DNA from: Gemmatimonas sp.
GTDB taxonomy: Bacteria > Gemmatimonadota > Gemmatimonadetes > Gemmatimonadales > Gemmatimonadaceae
Length of the DNA: 64,000 nt
Direction: 5' to 3'
Assembly: GCA_031414535.1 (NCBI GenBank)
Contig: JANNVQ010000054.1
Location: 32,001-96,000 of the forward strand
The notes beneath the pieces are model-generated. The model was not told where the DNA came from. It searched no databases and saw nothing but the letters and a program-made list of their open reading frames with translations. Both the position numbers and the translations under genes were made by a program. Below, piece after piece: positions 38,594 through 48,013 of the stretch. Each line of letters begins with the position of its first letter. Position 1 is the first letter of the stretch.

Positions 38594-39007
38594 ATGCCAG
38601 TCGCCAAATTCCTCTTCGCCATTGTAGGCGCACTCTTCATTGCGGCGCTGCTCATCAAGCCCGCCCACCAATCTCCAAAGCTGGGATCGGCTTACGCGTC
38701 AATGAAAGCCGATCTGCGGAATCTCGTATTGGCGCAGGACGCTTTCCATGAAGACAGCGCCCGTTACGCCAGCTCACAGCGAGAACTCAGCGACGCACGA
38801 TACCAGACGTCATCCGGCGTATCCGTCGAGATCACCTCGGGCAGCGACAGTGCGTGGGCGGCCATTGCGACGAACAGCATCGATCCGAAGTACCGCTGCC
38901 GCATCGCGGTGTCTATCGCCCACAGCGAGGAGCCCCTAGTGAACGATTCGGAGCCCATCTGCCATCCCGAGTTTCGATCTGGAGGCTGGCGCTGGGTCTG
39001 GCAGTAG
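38594..39007 (+). CDS. Type IV pilin-like protein without prepilin motif (paralog)
   Basis: AYASMKADLRNLVLAQDAFHEDSARYA; two C-terminal Cys. Confidence 0.65.
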   Translation: MPVAKFLFAIVGALFIAALLIKPAHQSPKLGSAYASMKADLRNLVLAQDAFHEDSARYASSQRELSDARYQTSSGVSVEITSGSDSAWAAIATNSIDPKYRCRIAVSIAHSEEPLVNDSEPICHPEFRSGGWRWVWQ

Positions 39008-39052
39008 CGGTTCAACATGTGCCGGAGCGGCCGGACACAGGATGCGCAGACC

Positions 39053-40186
39053 CTAGTACTCCAACCCCGCCGCCTTCGCGAATTGCTCCATGAGCTTTCG
39101 CTGCTCGGCGCTCAACTGTTCCGGCACCGCCACCTGAATCTCTACGATCAGATCACCACGGTGCTCATCCTTGGCGATGCCCTGCCCTCGCACACGAAAG
39201 CGCTTGCCGCTCGGCGTCCCCGCAGGGAGCGTGAGCGTCACCGTCTTCTCGTCGAGCGTCTGCACGCTCACCTTGGAGCCCAGCGTGGCCTGCGCGATGT
39301 TGACGCGCGCGCGCGCAATCACATCGAGGCCGTCGCGCTCGTAGTCGGCATCATCCTTCACTTGAAAAGTGATGGTGATGTCCCCGTTGGGACCGCCGCG
39401 CATGCCGCGACCGCCCTGACCCTTGAGGCGAATCTTGCCACCGCTTTCCGTGCCGCCTGGCACAGAGATCAACACTTTCTTGGACGTGCGCGAGGCACCC
39501 GCACCGTTGCACGAGGCGCACTTTTCGGTTGGCACAGTGCCCTTGCCCACGCACATCGGGCAGGGACGATTCACCGCGAAGCCACCCTGCCCGAACGAAA
39601 TCTCCCCTCGACCGCTGCACTCGGGGCAGGTCTGTAGCTTCGCTCCCTTGGCCGCACCGCTGCCGCCACAGGTGCCGCACTCTTCGTTGAGTTCAAGCGT
39701 GATGGGCACCTTGCCACCGAGCGCCGCCACGCGAAACGGAACCTCCAAGGTAGTCTCGACGCTTTGGCCCTGTTCTGGACCACTCGGCCGTTGTTGACGG
39801 CCGCCACCAAAGATTGAGCCAAAGAGATCGCCTAGTCCGCCGAGCCCGCCCACATCAAACTCGTCCATCCGCGGGCCGCCCGCCGAGGAACCCGCATTGG
39901 CCGGACGCGCTCCACCGGGCCGTGCGCCACCTGGGCGTGGGCCACGCGACACGAATGGATCAAATGCGCCCAGACGACGCATCTCGTCGTACTGCTTTCG
40001 CTTCTCGGCGTCACCGAGGACATTGTGCGCTTCAGAAATTTCTTTGAAGCGCTCAGCGGCCTTGGGGTCGCCCGAATTTGAGTCCGGGTGATACTGCTTG
40101 GCCAAACGACGATACTGCTTCTTGATCTCGTCTGGTGTGGCCGACGCGCTCACGCCGAGCACGGCGTAGAAGTCTTTCTGCGCCAT
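39053..40186 (-). CDS. dnaJ: Chaperone DnaJ
   Basis: J domain with HPD, G/F region, four CxxCxGxG motifs. Confidence 0.95.
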   Translation of the reverse strand: MAQKDFYAVLGVSASATPDEIKKQYRRLAKQYHPDSNSGDPKAAERFKEISEAHNVLGDAEKRKQYDEMRRLGAFDPFVSRGPRPGGARPGGARPANAGSSAGGPRMDEFDVGGLGGLGDLFGSIFGGGRQQRPSGPEQGQSVETTLEVPFRVAALGGKVPITLELNEECGTCGGSGAAKGAKLQTCPECSGRGEISFGQGGFAVNRPCPMCVGKGTVPTEKCASCNGAGASRTSKKVLISVPGGTESGGKIRLKGQGGRGMRGGPNGDITITFQVKDDADYERDGLDVIARARVNIAQATLGSKVSVQTLDEKTVTLTLPAGTPSGKRFRVRGQGIAKDEHRGDLIVEIQVAVPEQLSAEQRKLMEQFAKAAGLEY

Positions 40187-40758
40187 CACCCGTTCCACTG
40201 CTTCACGACGACGCGCGCCGGACGAAGCAGTGTGCCATTGAGGACGTATCCCACCTGATACACAACGGCCACGTGATGATCCTCGTCCGCGTTCGCAGCG
40301 GGCGCTGTGGTGATGGCTTCGTGCAAGGCAGGATCGAAGACTGCGCCCGTTGGGTCTACGACCTCGAGACCGTGGCCGGCGAGCGACTTCAGCAGCTTCT
40401 TCTCCACCATCGTGAGCCCATCGAGCACTTGGCTTAGATCCGTGCCGTCGGGCGTCATATGCACCACGCGGCCGAGGTCATCGAGCGTCTCGAGCAGCCC
40501 CTTCATCACCGCACCCATGCCCATCTTCTCGGCATCCTGCCGGTCGCGCACGCTGCGCTTGCGGAAGTTGTCGTACTCGGCGGCGAGGCGCAGATACTTG
40601 TCTTGCTGCTCGGAGAGGGCGCGCTGCACCTCGGCGAGGGCGTCACGGGAATCCACAGCCCCCGCCCCGAGATCGGCGGAAGTCGCGGCAGTCCCTGAGC
40701 CGTCGGCGGCCGAATCGTCCGCGGGAGTATCTAGATTGGGAGTTCGTGGGTCAGTCAT
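40186..40758 (-). CDS. grpE: Nucleotide exchange factor GrpE
   Basis: LRLAAEYDNFRKR, FDPALHEA, GYVLNGTLLRPARVVV. Confidence 0.95.
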   Translation of the reverse strand: MTDPRTPNLDTPADDSAADGSGTAATSADLGAGAVDSRDALAEVQRALSEQQDKYLRLAAEYDNFRKRSVRDRQDAEKMGMGAVMKGLLETLDDLGRVVHMTPDGTDLSQVLDGLTMVEKKLLKSLAGHGLEVVDPTGAVFDPALHEAITTAPAANADEDHHVAVVYQVGYVLNGTLLRPARVVVKQWNG

Positions 40759-40789
40759 AGGGGTAAGTTCGCCGTTTCCCACATACATG

Positions 40790-40806
40790 GGCAACGGGCG
40801 TGCCAG
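40790..40806 (-). promoter_or_regulatory. Sigma54 (-24/-12) promoter motif upstream of grpE-dnaJ
   Basis: Minus strand CTGGCACGCCCGTTGCC matches TGGCAC-N5-TTGC about 32 nt before the grpE ATG. Confidence 0.65.
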
Positions 40807-40925
40807 CCAGATGCGCCGGAACTGCAGGGTGGCGCGGGGTTACTGGCCCCTACGGCAGGGAGCGGCGGACGTTTCGGCGCGGCGCGAGTAGGCGCGCCAG
40901 CCCGACGCCGTGGCGTCGCGGGCGC

Positions 40926-41483
40926 TCAGTCGAGGACCAACGCAAACAGCGCGGCGACGTCCAACCCAAGCGGCGCGATGGCTTCCGCTGGCTGCCACTC
41001 GAGTGTGTCCGAGACGACTTCCGGACGATCTTGCCCGGGTGTCCAGCGCTCGATCAATCGCGCATCCAGATCCACGATCCAGTACTCGCGCACGCCCGCT
41101 CGCTGATAGAACTTCCTCTTCAAGACGCGATCGTAGCGAGCGGTTGACGGTGAGAGCACCTCCACGGCGAGCAACAGCGTGCCGATGTCCGACCACGTAC
41201 GCAGTCGGGAGCCATCGCGAGATACGGCGACGAAGATATCCGGCTGCACGAGTGAGCCCGCTTTAAGCTCCACATCGGCGGGAGAGTGGATGACCTCGCC
41301 GACCCCGACTTGCTTCACGAAGGTCCGGATTAGATGCTGGAGCTCGGACAGCATCCGCTGGTGCAGCAGGCGCGGAGCCGGCGTCACGAGCAGCTCCCCG
41401 TCAATGCACTCGTAGCGCTTTCCGTCCTCAGGCAGCGCGCGGACTTCGGCCGCCGTCCAATACTGCGATTCAAGGGCTGGCAT
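40926..41483 (-). CDS. Uma2/DUF820-family endonuclease-fold protein
   Basis: RYECIDGELLVTPAP, VQPDI, AVEVLSPST, YQRAGVREYWIVD. Confidence 0.88.
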   Translation of the reverse strand: MPALESQYWTAAEVRALPEDGKRYECIDGELLVTPAPRLLHQRMLSELQHLIRTFVKQVGVGEVIHSPADVELKAGSLVQPDIFVAVSRDGSRLRTWSDIGTLLLAVEVLSPSTARYDRVLKRKFYQRAGVREYWIVDLDARLIERWTPGQDRPEVVSDTLEWQPAEAIAPLGLDVAALFALVLD

Positions 41484-41583
41484 GGCCATACCATACGCTC
41501 GGCGAAGGACAAAAGTAAATAGGGCACGGCGCATCCTACTCGCCTGCCCCAGTATTACCATCGCCACGGCATTGCGTCTTTAA

Positions 41584-42840
41584 TCAGCGTTGTTCGAGCG
41601 CCTTCCGCACCATGTTGATTGCCGCCTGCGCCGAGCGCTGGCGAATCTCGTGACGATCGCCCACACTAGTCGTTCGGAAGGAGCGCACGACGCCTCGTAC
41701 ATCCACTGCGCAGCAGTACGTGCCAACTGGCTTCTCTGGCGTACCACCGCCAGGCCCAGCAATGCCGGTGATACTCACGCCGACGTCCACGCCGAACTTC
41801 GCTCGCACGCCAGCAGCCATCTCGCGCGCCGTCTCCTCACTCACCGCACCGTGCGCGAGCAAGGTTGATTCCTGCACACCGAGCTCGCGCACCTTTACGG
41901 CGTTGGCGTAGGCAATGGTGCCACCATCCACCACATCGCTCGATCCGGCGATGGCCGTGAGCCGCATACCAAGCATGCCGCCGGTGCAGGATTCCGCCAC
42001 CGCGATCTTCATCCCGCTCGCACGCAGCGCCTTCAAGACCAAATCCGCGAGGTCGTCTTCCTCGCTTCCGTAGATCCACGGCGCGAGCTTCGTGCGGATC
42101 GCAGCCTCTGCGTTCGCGAGAAGTTCAATCGCCCGCGCCTCTGGTTCATCCCACACACTCAGCCGCAGGTCTACGCCTTCCCATCCGGGCAGATACGCGA
42201 GCCGCGTGCCGTGCGGATCCTTCGCCAGTTCGCCCAGCTCGTCCGCGAGCTTCGATTCCGCAATCCCCGTCGTCCGTAGCGTGCGCGAACGCACCACAAG
42301 CGCCGCAGCGTCGCCACGCTTTGCCACGAGCTTCGGAATCAGCTGCTCGCGCGACATCCCGCGAAACTCACGCGGCACGCCGGGCAGCATCGCACACCAA
42401 CGCCCGCGTTCATCTTCCAGCCAGATGCCGGGTGCGGAGCCATGATCGTTGCGAATGATCTCGCAGCCCTCGGGAATGATGGCCTGCTGATGATTCGCCG
42501 CCGGGAGCTCTCCTGGCCAGCCGCGTTTCTTCCAACGCGCCTTCAAGTCCTCAATGATTCCTTCGTCGAGGCGCATGCTGCGGCCAAAAATTGCGGCAAT
42601 GCTTGGCTTGGTAAGATCATCTGCAGTCGGACCGAGGCCGCCGCTTGTAATCACGGCACCGGTGCGGTCCAAGGCTTCACGCACCGCCTCGGCAATTTCC
42701 TCTGGCCCATCGCCCACGGTCGCCCGACGCACCACGCGAATGCCATGCGCCGCAGCCTCGCGCGCGAAGAAGGCGCTGTTGGTATCAATGGTGTAGCCGA
42801 GCAAGAGCTCGGTACCGATGCTGACGAGTTCTACGTCCAT
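41584..42840 (-). CDS. cinA: Competence/damage-inducible protein CinA (MoCF + PncC domains)
   Basis: IGTELLLG, GGLGPTADDLT, AESCTGG, SITGIAGPGGG. Confidence 0.92.
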   Translation of the reverse strand: MDVELVSIGTELLLGYTIDTNSAFFAREAAAHGIRVVRRATVGDGPEEIAEAVREALDRTGAVITSGGLGPTADDLTKPSIAAIFGRSMRLDEGIIEDLKARWKKRGWPGELPAANHQQAIIPEGCEIIRNDHGSAPGIWLEDERGRWCAMLPGVPREFRGMSREQLIPKLVAKRGDAAALVVRSRTLRTTGIAESKLADELGELAKDPHGTRLAYLPGWEGVDLRLSVWDEPEARAIELLANAEAAIRTKLAPWIYGSEEDDLADLVLKALRASGMKIAVAESCTGGMLGMRLTAIAGSSDVVDGGTIAYANAVKVRELGVQESTLLAHGAVSEETAREMAAGVRAKFGVDVGVSITGIAGPGGGTPEKPVGTYCCAVDVRGVVRSFRTTSVGDRHEIRQRSAQAAINMVRKALEQR

Positions 42841-42847
42841 CCTCGCC

Positions 42848-43531
42848 TCAGGCGCGCGCGGAGAAAACGCGGCGATGCCGGATGAGATAGTCGCCGAGTG
42901 AGATGAGCGTGAGAGCAAGCGCTAACAGCATCGACAGGGCCCCGATGGTGCCCAGCACGCGTGACCAGACATCGGCCGAAGGATTCCCCCACCACGTCTG
43001 CCGCTCAATCATTAGCTTCACCGCGAACCACAGATAGGACGCACCCATCCAGGTGTACTGAGACCCGGCCTTCCATTTGCCCAGCTTCTGCGCCGCGATG
43101 ACGACGCCGCGCTTTTGCGCAAAACTCCGGAACCAGGTCATGAATGCCTCTCGGCCCACGATGGGCAGCAGCACCCACCAAGGGAAGAACACTGGACCCA
43201 TCCCGAACGTGATGAAGGGGTACATCGCCTTTTCGGCGACGTCCGGGAGCAGCGTCAGCACAGGATCTTGAGGCGGCGCCTGCAGGAGGAACATTGGTAC
43301 GAAGCAGCCCGCAAGCAGCAGTTTGTCGGCCAGCGGGTCGAGAATCTTCCCGAGGTCCGTAATCAGGCCGCGCGCGCGCGCAATCTTGCCATCAATGTGA
43401 TCGGAAATTGCCGTGATTAAATACAGCGCGAAGGCAAAGAAGCGCACGCCCACCGACTCCGTGAACGGCAGGAGTGCGAGAAAAGGCGCGGCGACGATTC
43501 GGGCCGCGGAAATCAGATTCGGAAGATTCAC
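42848..43531 (-). CDS. pgsA: CDP-alcohol phosphatidyltransferase (PgsA-like)
   Basis: MNLPNLIS, DHIDGKIARARGLITDLGKILDPLADK. Confidence 0.85.
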   Translation of the reverse strand: MNLPNLISAARIVAAPFLALLPFTESVGVRFFAFALYLITAISDHIDGKIARARGLITDLGKILDPLADKLLLAGCFVPMFLLQAPPQDPVLTLLPDVAEKAMYPFITFGMGPVFFPWWVLLPIVGREAFMTWFRSFAQKRGVVIAAQKLGKWKAGSQYTWMGASYLWFAVKLMIERQTWWGNPSADVWSRVLGTIGALSMLLALALTLISLGDYLIRHRRVFSARA

Positions 43532-43546
43532 CTAATCCGCCGCCGC

Positions 43547-44224
43547 TTACGCGAGCGTCTTCAGGACGAGCTTGGAGACCGCCTTGAGCGTATCGAAGAC
43601 GCCGTCGCCAGTGACGGCCACTGCCTCGAAGAAATGCGCGCGCTCTACCCACACGCCATCCACGTTCTGCTCGACGATGTTCTCCCCGGGGCGGAACTGA
43701 TTCGGCGTGATCTTATGGCGCTCCGGCTCCATGACCTCCCAGCCGGGATTTAGCGTGCTCTGCAATTCCTCGAGCGACGAGGCATTAGGCAAGTCACGCT
43801 TATTGTACTGGATGATGAAGGGCATCTTCGTGAGGTCATAGCCGTACTCCGCCATGTTGTCGTACAAGTTCTGCATGGCTTCGAGATTGGCTTCCATGCG
43901 CTCAACCTGCGAATCGGCGACGAAGACGATGCCGTCCACGCCCTTGAGGATGAGCTTGCGCGAGGCGTTGTAGTACACCTGGCCCGGCACGGTGTAGAGA
44001 TGGAACCGGGTCTTGAAGCCGCGGATGGTACCAAGGTCCACGGGCAGGAAGTCAAAGAACAGCGTGCGCTCGGTCTCCGTGGCCAGCGAGATGAGCTTGC
44101 CACGCGTGTCGGGCTTCACCTTCCCGTACACGTGCTCGAGGTTGGTCGTCTTGCCGCCGAGGCCGGGGCCGTAGTAGACGATTTTGCAGTTGATCTCGCG
44201 CGAGGCGTAGTTAATCATCGACAT
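43547..44224 (-). CDS. mglA: MglA-family small GTPase
   Basis: [39 protein letters not shown]. Confidence 0.93.
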   Translation of the reverse strand: MSMINYASREINCKIVYYGPGLGGKTTNLEHVYGKVKPDTRGKLISLATETERTLFFDFLPVDLGTIRGFKTRFHLYTVPGQVYYNASRKLILKGVDGIVFVADSQVERMEANLEAMQNLYDNMAEYGYDLTKMPFIIQYNKRDLPNASSLEELQSTLNPGWEVMEPERHKITPNQFRPGENIVEQNVDGVWVERAHFFEAVAVTGDGVFDTLKAVSKLVLKTLA

Positions 44225-44235
44225 GGCTGTTCTCC

Positions 44236-44721
44236 TTATCCGAACAGTTGATCGATTTCATCGTCAGCGCCGGCGAGAAGGCCGGGCTGCGGCGTGCCAG
44301 TCTTGCCACGCTGGAACACTTCGTGGAACAGCTTGGTCAGTTCAATCACGGTGTCCTTAATCTTCAGGCGGACGAGTCCGAGCGTCGTGCGATTGTCGAA
44401 CAGCGCCACGAGAATCACGCGCCGCGCGATATCCGCGAGGTACATCGATTCCTTTTCGCCCTGGTGGAACAGCGAATTGAAGTCCGTCTCACCAATCAGC
44501 TGCGCGAGCTGATCGTTGGCGGAGAAGTCCGCCGCGGTGAGCGTGGCGAACGCCGTGGGATCGAAGTTCGGCTGCTCGCCAACCGTCGCGACCAACTGGC
44601 CTGAACGGTCTACGAGCAACGCGCAGCGCGCGTTGGTTTCGCCCAAGAACTTCTGGAGCGCCTTAGTTATGGCGCCGAAGTCCTCTTCGGTAAATGACCA
44701 GCTAGCGGACCCTACTGCCAT
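44236..44721 (-). CDS. mglB: MglB roadblock/LC7 protein (MglA GAP)
   Basis: [43 protein letters not shown]; upstream of mglA. Confidence 0.9.
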   Translation of the reverse strand: MAVGSASWSFTEEDFGAITKALQKFLGETNARCALLVDRSGQLVATVGEQPNFDPTAFATLTAADFSANDQLAQLIGETDFNSLFHQGEKESMYLADIARRVILVALFDNRTTLGLVRLKIKDTVIELTKLFHEVFQRGKTGTPQPGLLAGADDEIDQLFG

Positions 44722-44730
44722 CGTCCCGTC

Positions 44731-45000
44731 CTATGCGAGGGCGTTCTCGAAGCGTGTGAGCAGGCGCCGAGCTCGGCGCTGCAATACCGGATTTTGCTCC
44801 CAACCAAGATACTCGCGCAACAGCATCACTGACTGCACCGAGGGCTGACCGCTGAGCCACCCCAGCGCCGCCATCCGGCGCAAAGGTTTGGAGCTGTACA
44901 GCGCCCGCTGATGCCGTTCCTGTTCCCGCGTCCACCAAGCGTACCCCGCAGCCGCCCCGGCCACGAGCCCAACAACAAACGCCACGCGGGACCGGCTCAC
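44731..45000 (-). CDS. Small membrane-anchored hypothetical protein
   Basis: N-terminal TM; start overlaps the recR stop. Confidence 0.65.
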   Translation of the reverse strand: MSRSRVAFVVGLVAGAAAGYAWWTREQERHQRALYSSKPLRRMAALGWLSGQPSVQSVMLLREYLGWEQNPVLQRRARRLLTRFENALA

Positions 45001-45584
45001 ATGGCCCGCCGAGCCGCCAGGGCTTGCACGATTGTGACGCCATCGGCGTACTCGAGGTCCCCGCCAATCGGAAGCCCGCGGGCCAACCGGGAGACCGTCA
45101 CCCCCGCCCCCCGCAACTGCTCCTGAAGATACAACGCGGTCGCCTCACCTTCGAGCTTTGGGTTGGTGGCAATGATGACTTCTGTGACCGCCTCCTCTGT
45201 GACGCGCCGCACCAACGCGCCGACGGAGAGGTCGTCCGGGCCAATGCCGTCCAACGGCGCGAGCCGCCCACCCAATACGTGATATAACCCGCGATATTCG
45301 CCCGTGCGCTCGATGGACGGGATATCCGAGGCCTCCTCCACCACACAAATCAGACTCCGATCGCGGCGCGGGTCCGCACAGAACGAACAGGGCGAGGCCT
45401 CGGTGAGATTCCCGCATTCCGTGCAGGGCTTCACCTTCTCGATCAGGGCAATCAAGGCCGACGCTAGGCGGCGGCTCTGGTCGCCAGGTTGGCGCAGCAG
45501 GTGGTAGGTAAGTCGCATCGCCGACTTCCGCCCGATGGTCGGAAGCCGAGAGAGTTCGGTCACGAGATCGTCGATGGCCGACAC
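44997..45584 (-). CDS. recR: Recombination protein RecR
   Basis: LPTIGRKSA, C4 zinc finger, YHVLGG, LEGEATALY, GGDLEYAD. Confidence 0.96.
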   Translation of the reverse strand: MSAIDDLVTELSRLPTIGRKSAMRLTYHLLRQPGDQSRRLASALIALIEKVKPCTECGNLTEASPCSFCADPRRDRSLICVVEEASDIPSIERTGEYRGLYHVLGGRLAPLDGIGPDDLSVGALVRRVTEEAVTEVIIATNPKLEGEATALYLQEQLRGAGVTVSRLARGLPIGGDLEYADGVTIVQALAARRAM

Positions 45585-45591
45585 TGGCGTC

Positions 45592-45927
45592 TCAGAACGG
45601 GAGCTTAAACGGCAGGTTTCCCAGCCCCGGAATCCCGAGGCCGCCAGCCACGGCCTTCATCTCTTCTTCCGCCAGCTCTCGGCCCTTTCGCTGCGCCTCC
45701 TGAATAGCCACCGCGAGCAGGTCCTCGAGCATCTCCACGTCGGCGGGGTTCGCCACGGACGGATCAATGGAGACGCGCTTCACTGCCCCCTTTCCGTCGG
45801 CTTCCACCTTCACCATGCCACCGCCGGCAGCGCCGATGACCGTGGCCTTGGCGAGCTTATCCTGAACGTCCTGCATCTTGGCCGTCATCTGCTGGGCCTG
45901 CTGCATCATCTTCAAGAAGTCAGTCAT
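45592..45927 (-). CDS. ybaB: YbaB/EbfC nucleoid-associated protein
   Basis: QAQQM, GGGMVKV, LEDLL; between dnaX and recR. Confidence 0.93.
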   Translation of the reverse strand: MTDFLKMMQQAQQMTAKMQDVQDKLAKATVIGAAGGGMVKVEADGKGAVKRVSIDPSVANPADVEMLEDLLAVAIQEAQRKGRELAEEEMKAVAGGLGIPGLGNLPFKLPF

Positions 45928-45930
45928 GAT

Positions 45931-47661
45931 TTAGTCGAGCAGTTCGAGGTCGAGCGCATCCACGGCCGCATCGAGCAGCTTGCTCTGCTTGCGGAGCATC
46001 TGCATGCGATCCGCTTTCACCGCCGTCTCGTTGAGACGACGCGGTGCCGCCTTTTCTCCGGGAGCGGCCTGCACGTTCAAGCGCGCCACGCTCTCGAAGC
46101 GCTTGCGAATGCTGGCAAGAATCGCCGCTTCTTGTTGCTCGATGAGGTCCGCCTGCGCGGCAACGTCCACCGTGAGCGTCACCACACCAGCCGCCGTCAC
46201 GGCCGTTGGTGTCGCGTGGCCAAGCGCCGCACCAAGTAGCGCGCGCCCGTCGCGGACGATGCCGTCCACGATGGATTCCCAGTACTCCACTAGGCGGTTG
46301 ATCTCGAGAGGCTGCAGCGCACTCTTGGCCGGCGCCGCGTCGGCCACGAGCGCCGCGGCCTGCGCGGGGGCGGGGCGTTCGCGCACAACGGGCGGTGGGG
46401 CCGCTGGTGACTGCGTGGGCGGCGCGAGGCGCGCGGAAGGGGCGACGTCGCGTACCACCGGCGGCGGCGCCGCACGGACCGGCTCGCGAGTAGCAGCAGG
46501 CGCGGGCGCCGCAGCGCCGCCCGACGAGGCCGCGCCACCGCGCAACAACTCTTCGATAGAAATCGTGCGGTCCAGCAGGGCGCACCGCACCAACAGCGTC
46601 TCAAACAGCATCTGTTGCTGCCCCGAGCGCTTCATGTGCGGTTCAATCTCCACGAGCAACGAGAGCATGCGGAGCAAGTCGCCAGCCGCAAAGTGTGCCG
46701 CGCGCTTGGGCAGCTCCTCACGCAAACGCTCGGACACTTCTGGTAGCTGACCGCCCAGCACCACCGCGAGCTGCGCGCGCAGGACTTCCGCGAACTCAGT
46801 GAGGAGCACGGTGAAGTCCACGCCGTGATCAGCCAGCCGGGCCACGGTCCCGAACACGTCGCCGGCGCGCCGCTCGACGATAAGGTCGAGCATGGCGAGA
46901 TGCTCATCTTCGGGGACGAGCCCCAGAGCATCACGCACGCGCTGCGCGGTCACGCCGCCTTCGCCAAGCGACAGGACTTGGTCGGTGAGCGAGAGCGCAT
47001 CGCGCATGGAACCGTCGGCCGCGCGCGCGAGCATGCCAAGCGCGTCACCTTCGGCGGCGATGCCTTCCTGCTCGAGCACGTTAGAGAGGCGCAGCTTCAC
47101 ATCGGCAGGGCCAATGCGCTTTAAGTCGAAGCGCTGCACGCGCGAAAGAACCGGCGCAGCCATCTGCTGAATCTTCTGCGGCTCGGTGGTCGCGAAGACA
47201 AACACCACGCGTGGCGGCGGCTCCTCGAGAATCTTGAGCAACGCGTTCCAGGCCTCACGCGTGAGCATGTGCGCCTCGTCAATGATGTAGACCTTGTAGC
47301 GGTCTTCACCGGAGGGCGCGTACATAGCCCGCTCACGCAGGTCGCGGGCGTCGTCTACGCCGCGATTGGACGCGGCGTCAATCTCCACCACGTCGAGTGA
47401 GGCGCCACCGCCCCACACGCGAGTGCAGGAAGGGCATTCCCCGCAGGGTTCCCGGTCGGCGCGGCGATTCTCGCAGTTGAGCGCCATGGCCAGCACACGG
47501 GCCAGCGTCGTCTTGCCCGTACCACGAGGCCCGCAGAACAAGTACGCGTGGGCAATGCGGTCAGAAAGAATCGCGTTGCGTAGCGTGTTTGCCACGTGCG
47601 ACTGCACGGCCACATCGGCGAACTTCCGGGGGCGGTACTTCCGCGCGAGGGCAAGCGACAT
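45931..47661 (-). CDS. dnaX: DNA polymerase III subunit gamma/tau
   Basis: LARKYRP, GPRGTGKTT, EIDAASN, DEAHML, LLKILEEPP. Confidence 0.96.
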   Translation of the reverse strand: MSLALARKYRPRKFADVAVQSHVANTLRNAILSDRIAHAYLFCGPRGTGKTTLARVLAMALNCENRRADREPCGECPSCTRVWGGGASLDVVEIDAASNRGVDDARDLRERAMYAPSGEDRYKVYIIDEAHMLTREAWNALLKILEEPPPRVVFVFATTEPQKIQQMAAPVLSRVQRFDLKRIGPADVKLRLSNVLEQEGIAAEGDALGMLARAADGSMRDALSLTDQVLSLGEGGVTAQRVRDALGLVPEDEHLAMLDLIVERRAGDVFGTVARLADHGVDFTVLLTEFAEVLRAQLAVVLGGQLPEVSERLREELPKRAAHFAAGDLLRMLSLLVEIEPHMKRSGQQQMLFETLLVRCALLDRTISIEELLRGGAASSGGAAAPAPAATREPVRAAPPPVVRDVAPSARLAPPTQSPAAPPPVVRERPAPAQAAALVADAAPAKSALQPLEINRLVEYWESIVDGIVRDGRALLGAALGHATPTAVTAAGVVTLTVDVAAQADLIEQQEAAILASIRKRFESVARLNVQAAPGEKAAPRRLNETAVKADRMQMLRKQSKLLDAAVDALDLELLD

Positions 47662-47716
47662 AAGCCGTGAATTTAGCCGTTGGGACGCGGTTCCGCACCC
47701 ACGGTTTTACTGCTTT

Positions 47717-47945
47717 TTCACCACGGAGGCACCGAGGCTCGGAGACTTCAACGGCGGAACCGCTTCACCACGACAGTACGAAGGGAGCCGCGATGATCTC
47801 TCGGTCCCGCAGCGCCTAAAGAGACAATGCTTTTTGGGGTCGCCAGACCGAAAGTCTGCACTGAATCCTTCGTGCCTTCGTGGTGAACGCAGTTGCTGTT
47901 GCCGTCTGCACTTGTAGTCTCCGTGTCTCCGTGCCTCCGTGTGAA
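47717..47945. repeat. Nested pair of MITE/REP-like inverted-repeat elements
   Basis: Outer arms 47717-47747 and 47917-47945 (cacggaggc/cacggagac units); inner arms 47764-47784 and 47867-47887, related to 14630-14755. Confidence 0.75.
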
Positions 47946-47964
47946 TCGCCGTTCAAGACGGCAC

Positions 47965-48013
47965 AAAAAAACTCGCGCGAGGAGCAAGCCAAATGGCTGC
48001 TCTCTCGCGCGAG
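47965..48013 (-). terminator. Intrinsic terminator after the SRP RNA
   Basis: Long hairpin ctcgcgcga...tcgcgcgag followed on the minus strand by a T7 run. Confidence 0.7.

Noticed and set aside
40926..41483. Uma2 gene as a defence system
   Set aside because: A solitary member of a commonly expanded family with no partner genes.
45931..47661. Programmed frameshift in dnaX
   Set aside because: No A AAA AAG or long A-run slippery site seen on the coding strand.
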